A DNA stretch of 60,924 nucleotides, filler included, from Sphacelaria rigidula (taxonomy: Eukaryota): assembly GCA_964200075.2 (NCBI GenBank). It is 7 parts of 7 records of this genome, joined end to end, with 100 filler letters (N's around TTAATTAATTAA, not from the genome) between each part and the next. Parts side by side here need not be neighbours in the genome. Positions count along the whole stretch, not along the records: positions 52,309 to 60,924 come from CAXNAA020010594.1; 6 more parts are not named here. One strand, written 5' to 3'. Position numbers and translations under genes: made by a program. This document shows positions 60,501-60,924 of the stretch, piece after piece (the first letter of the stretch is position 1; the number at the start of each line of letters is the position of its first letter). Below the pieces are notes generated by a model. That model was not told the origin of the DNA and did no database searches. It worked only from the letters and a program-made list of their open reading frames with translations.

Positions 60501-60924
60501 GCACAACCATGTATATATATGCAGAAGATGTGCTTTATCCCTTACTTGCAGTAGTATTCAGCATTTCGTAGGAGAACGTGTGCGGGAGAGACACGGTTCC
60601 GTCTAGTGTACGCTCTACGTAGCAGCTTCCATCAGGTGGGTAAGCCTCTCGCCTGGAAACTCTTTGATTCCTATTATTAATAGTGCAATGAAACAGTATG
60701 CTGCCTGTCATCGAGTAGTTTTTCGAAGCATATCAATTCTCTCTCGAACAACGGGATTCTGAACCAGTCAGGGAAAGCGTTGGTACGGTCTTCCTTACAT
60801 ATCACGAGAAACAATCACACCGTATTTTGCGAAAAATGGCTGGAAATGCAACAAATAGAACAGCCGATTTTATATTTTGGGGTTCATACAAAATATGGGG
60901 TTGAAGTGGCATATCTGTCTTGCA

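Overview
Eukaryotic, intron-rich DNA that looks like a brown alga (Phaeophyceae, Ectocarpus/kelp-like); this assignment is inferred from gene architecture and repeat content. The window is not one locus. It is seven contigs of near-identical, non-increasing length (8619, 8619, 8619, 8617, 8617, 8617, 8616 bp) joined by artificial 100-nt linkers (N44-TTAATTAATTAA-N44), so adjacency across a gap means nothing. Supportable genes: (i) an LRR gene fragment with an N-cap exon and an exactly 72-nt single-LRR phase-1/phase-1 exon; (ii) a two-exon gene with an F-box-like leader and ~17 tandem 27-aa giant-virus-type ankyrin repeats, followed by decayed repeats past the stop; (iii) the last three exons of a RIOX1/NO66 ribosomal oxygenase; (iv) a convergent terminal exon with a CVFCSQFF motif; (v) seven exons of an RCC1-repeat/BACK-like (IBTK-like) gene, with one GC-AG intron; (vi) two low-complexity exons. 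Also present: a bacterial/plastid-type tRNA-Gly(GCC) in an AT-rich patch (probable organelle-to-nucleus transfer), a decayed RTE-like LINE, tRNA-derived SINE heads, several MITE families with TSDs (TA, TTAA, TWA, 8-bp), nested insertions, and a ~420-nt fold-back whose mismatches favour G-U pairs (candidate small-RNA precursor). I found no clearly new biological system. The best leads are the modular LRR exon with possible spare cassettes, the variable ankyrin array and the hairpin.
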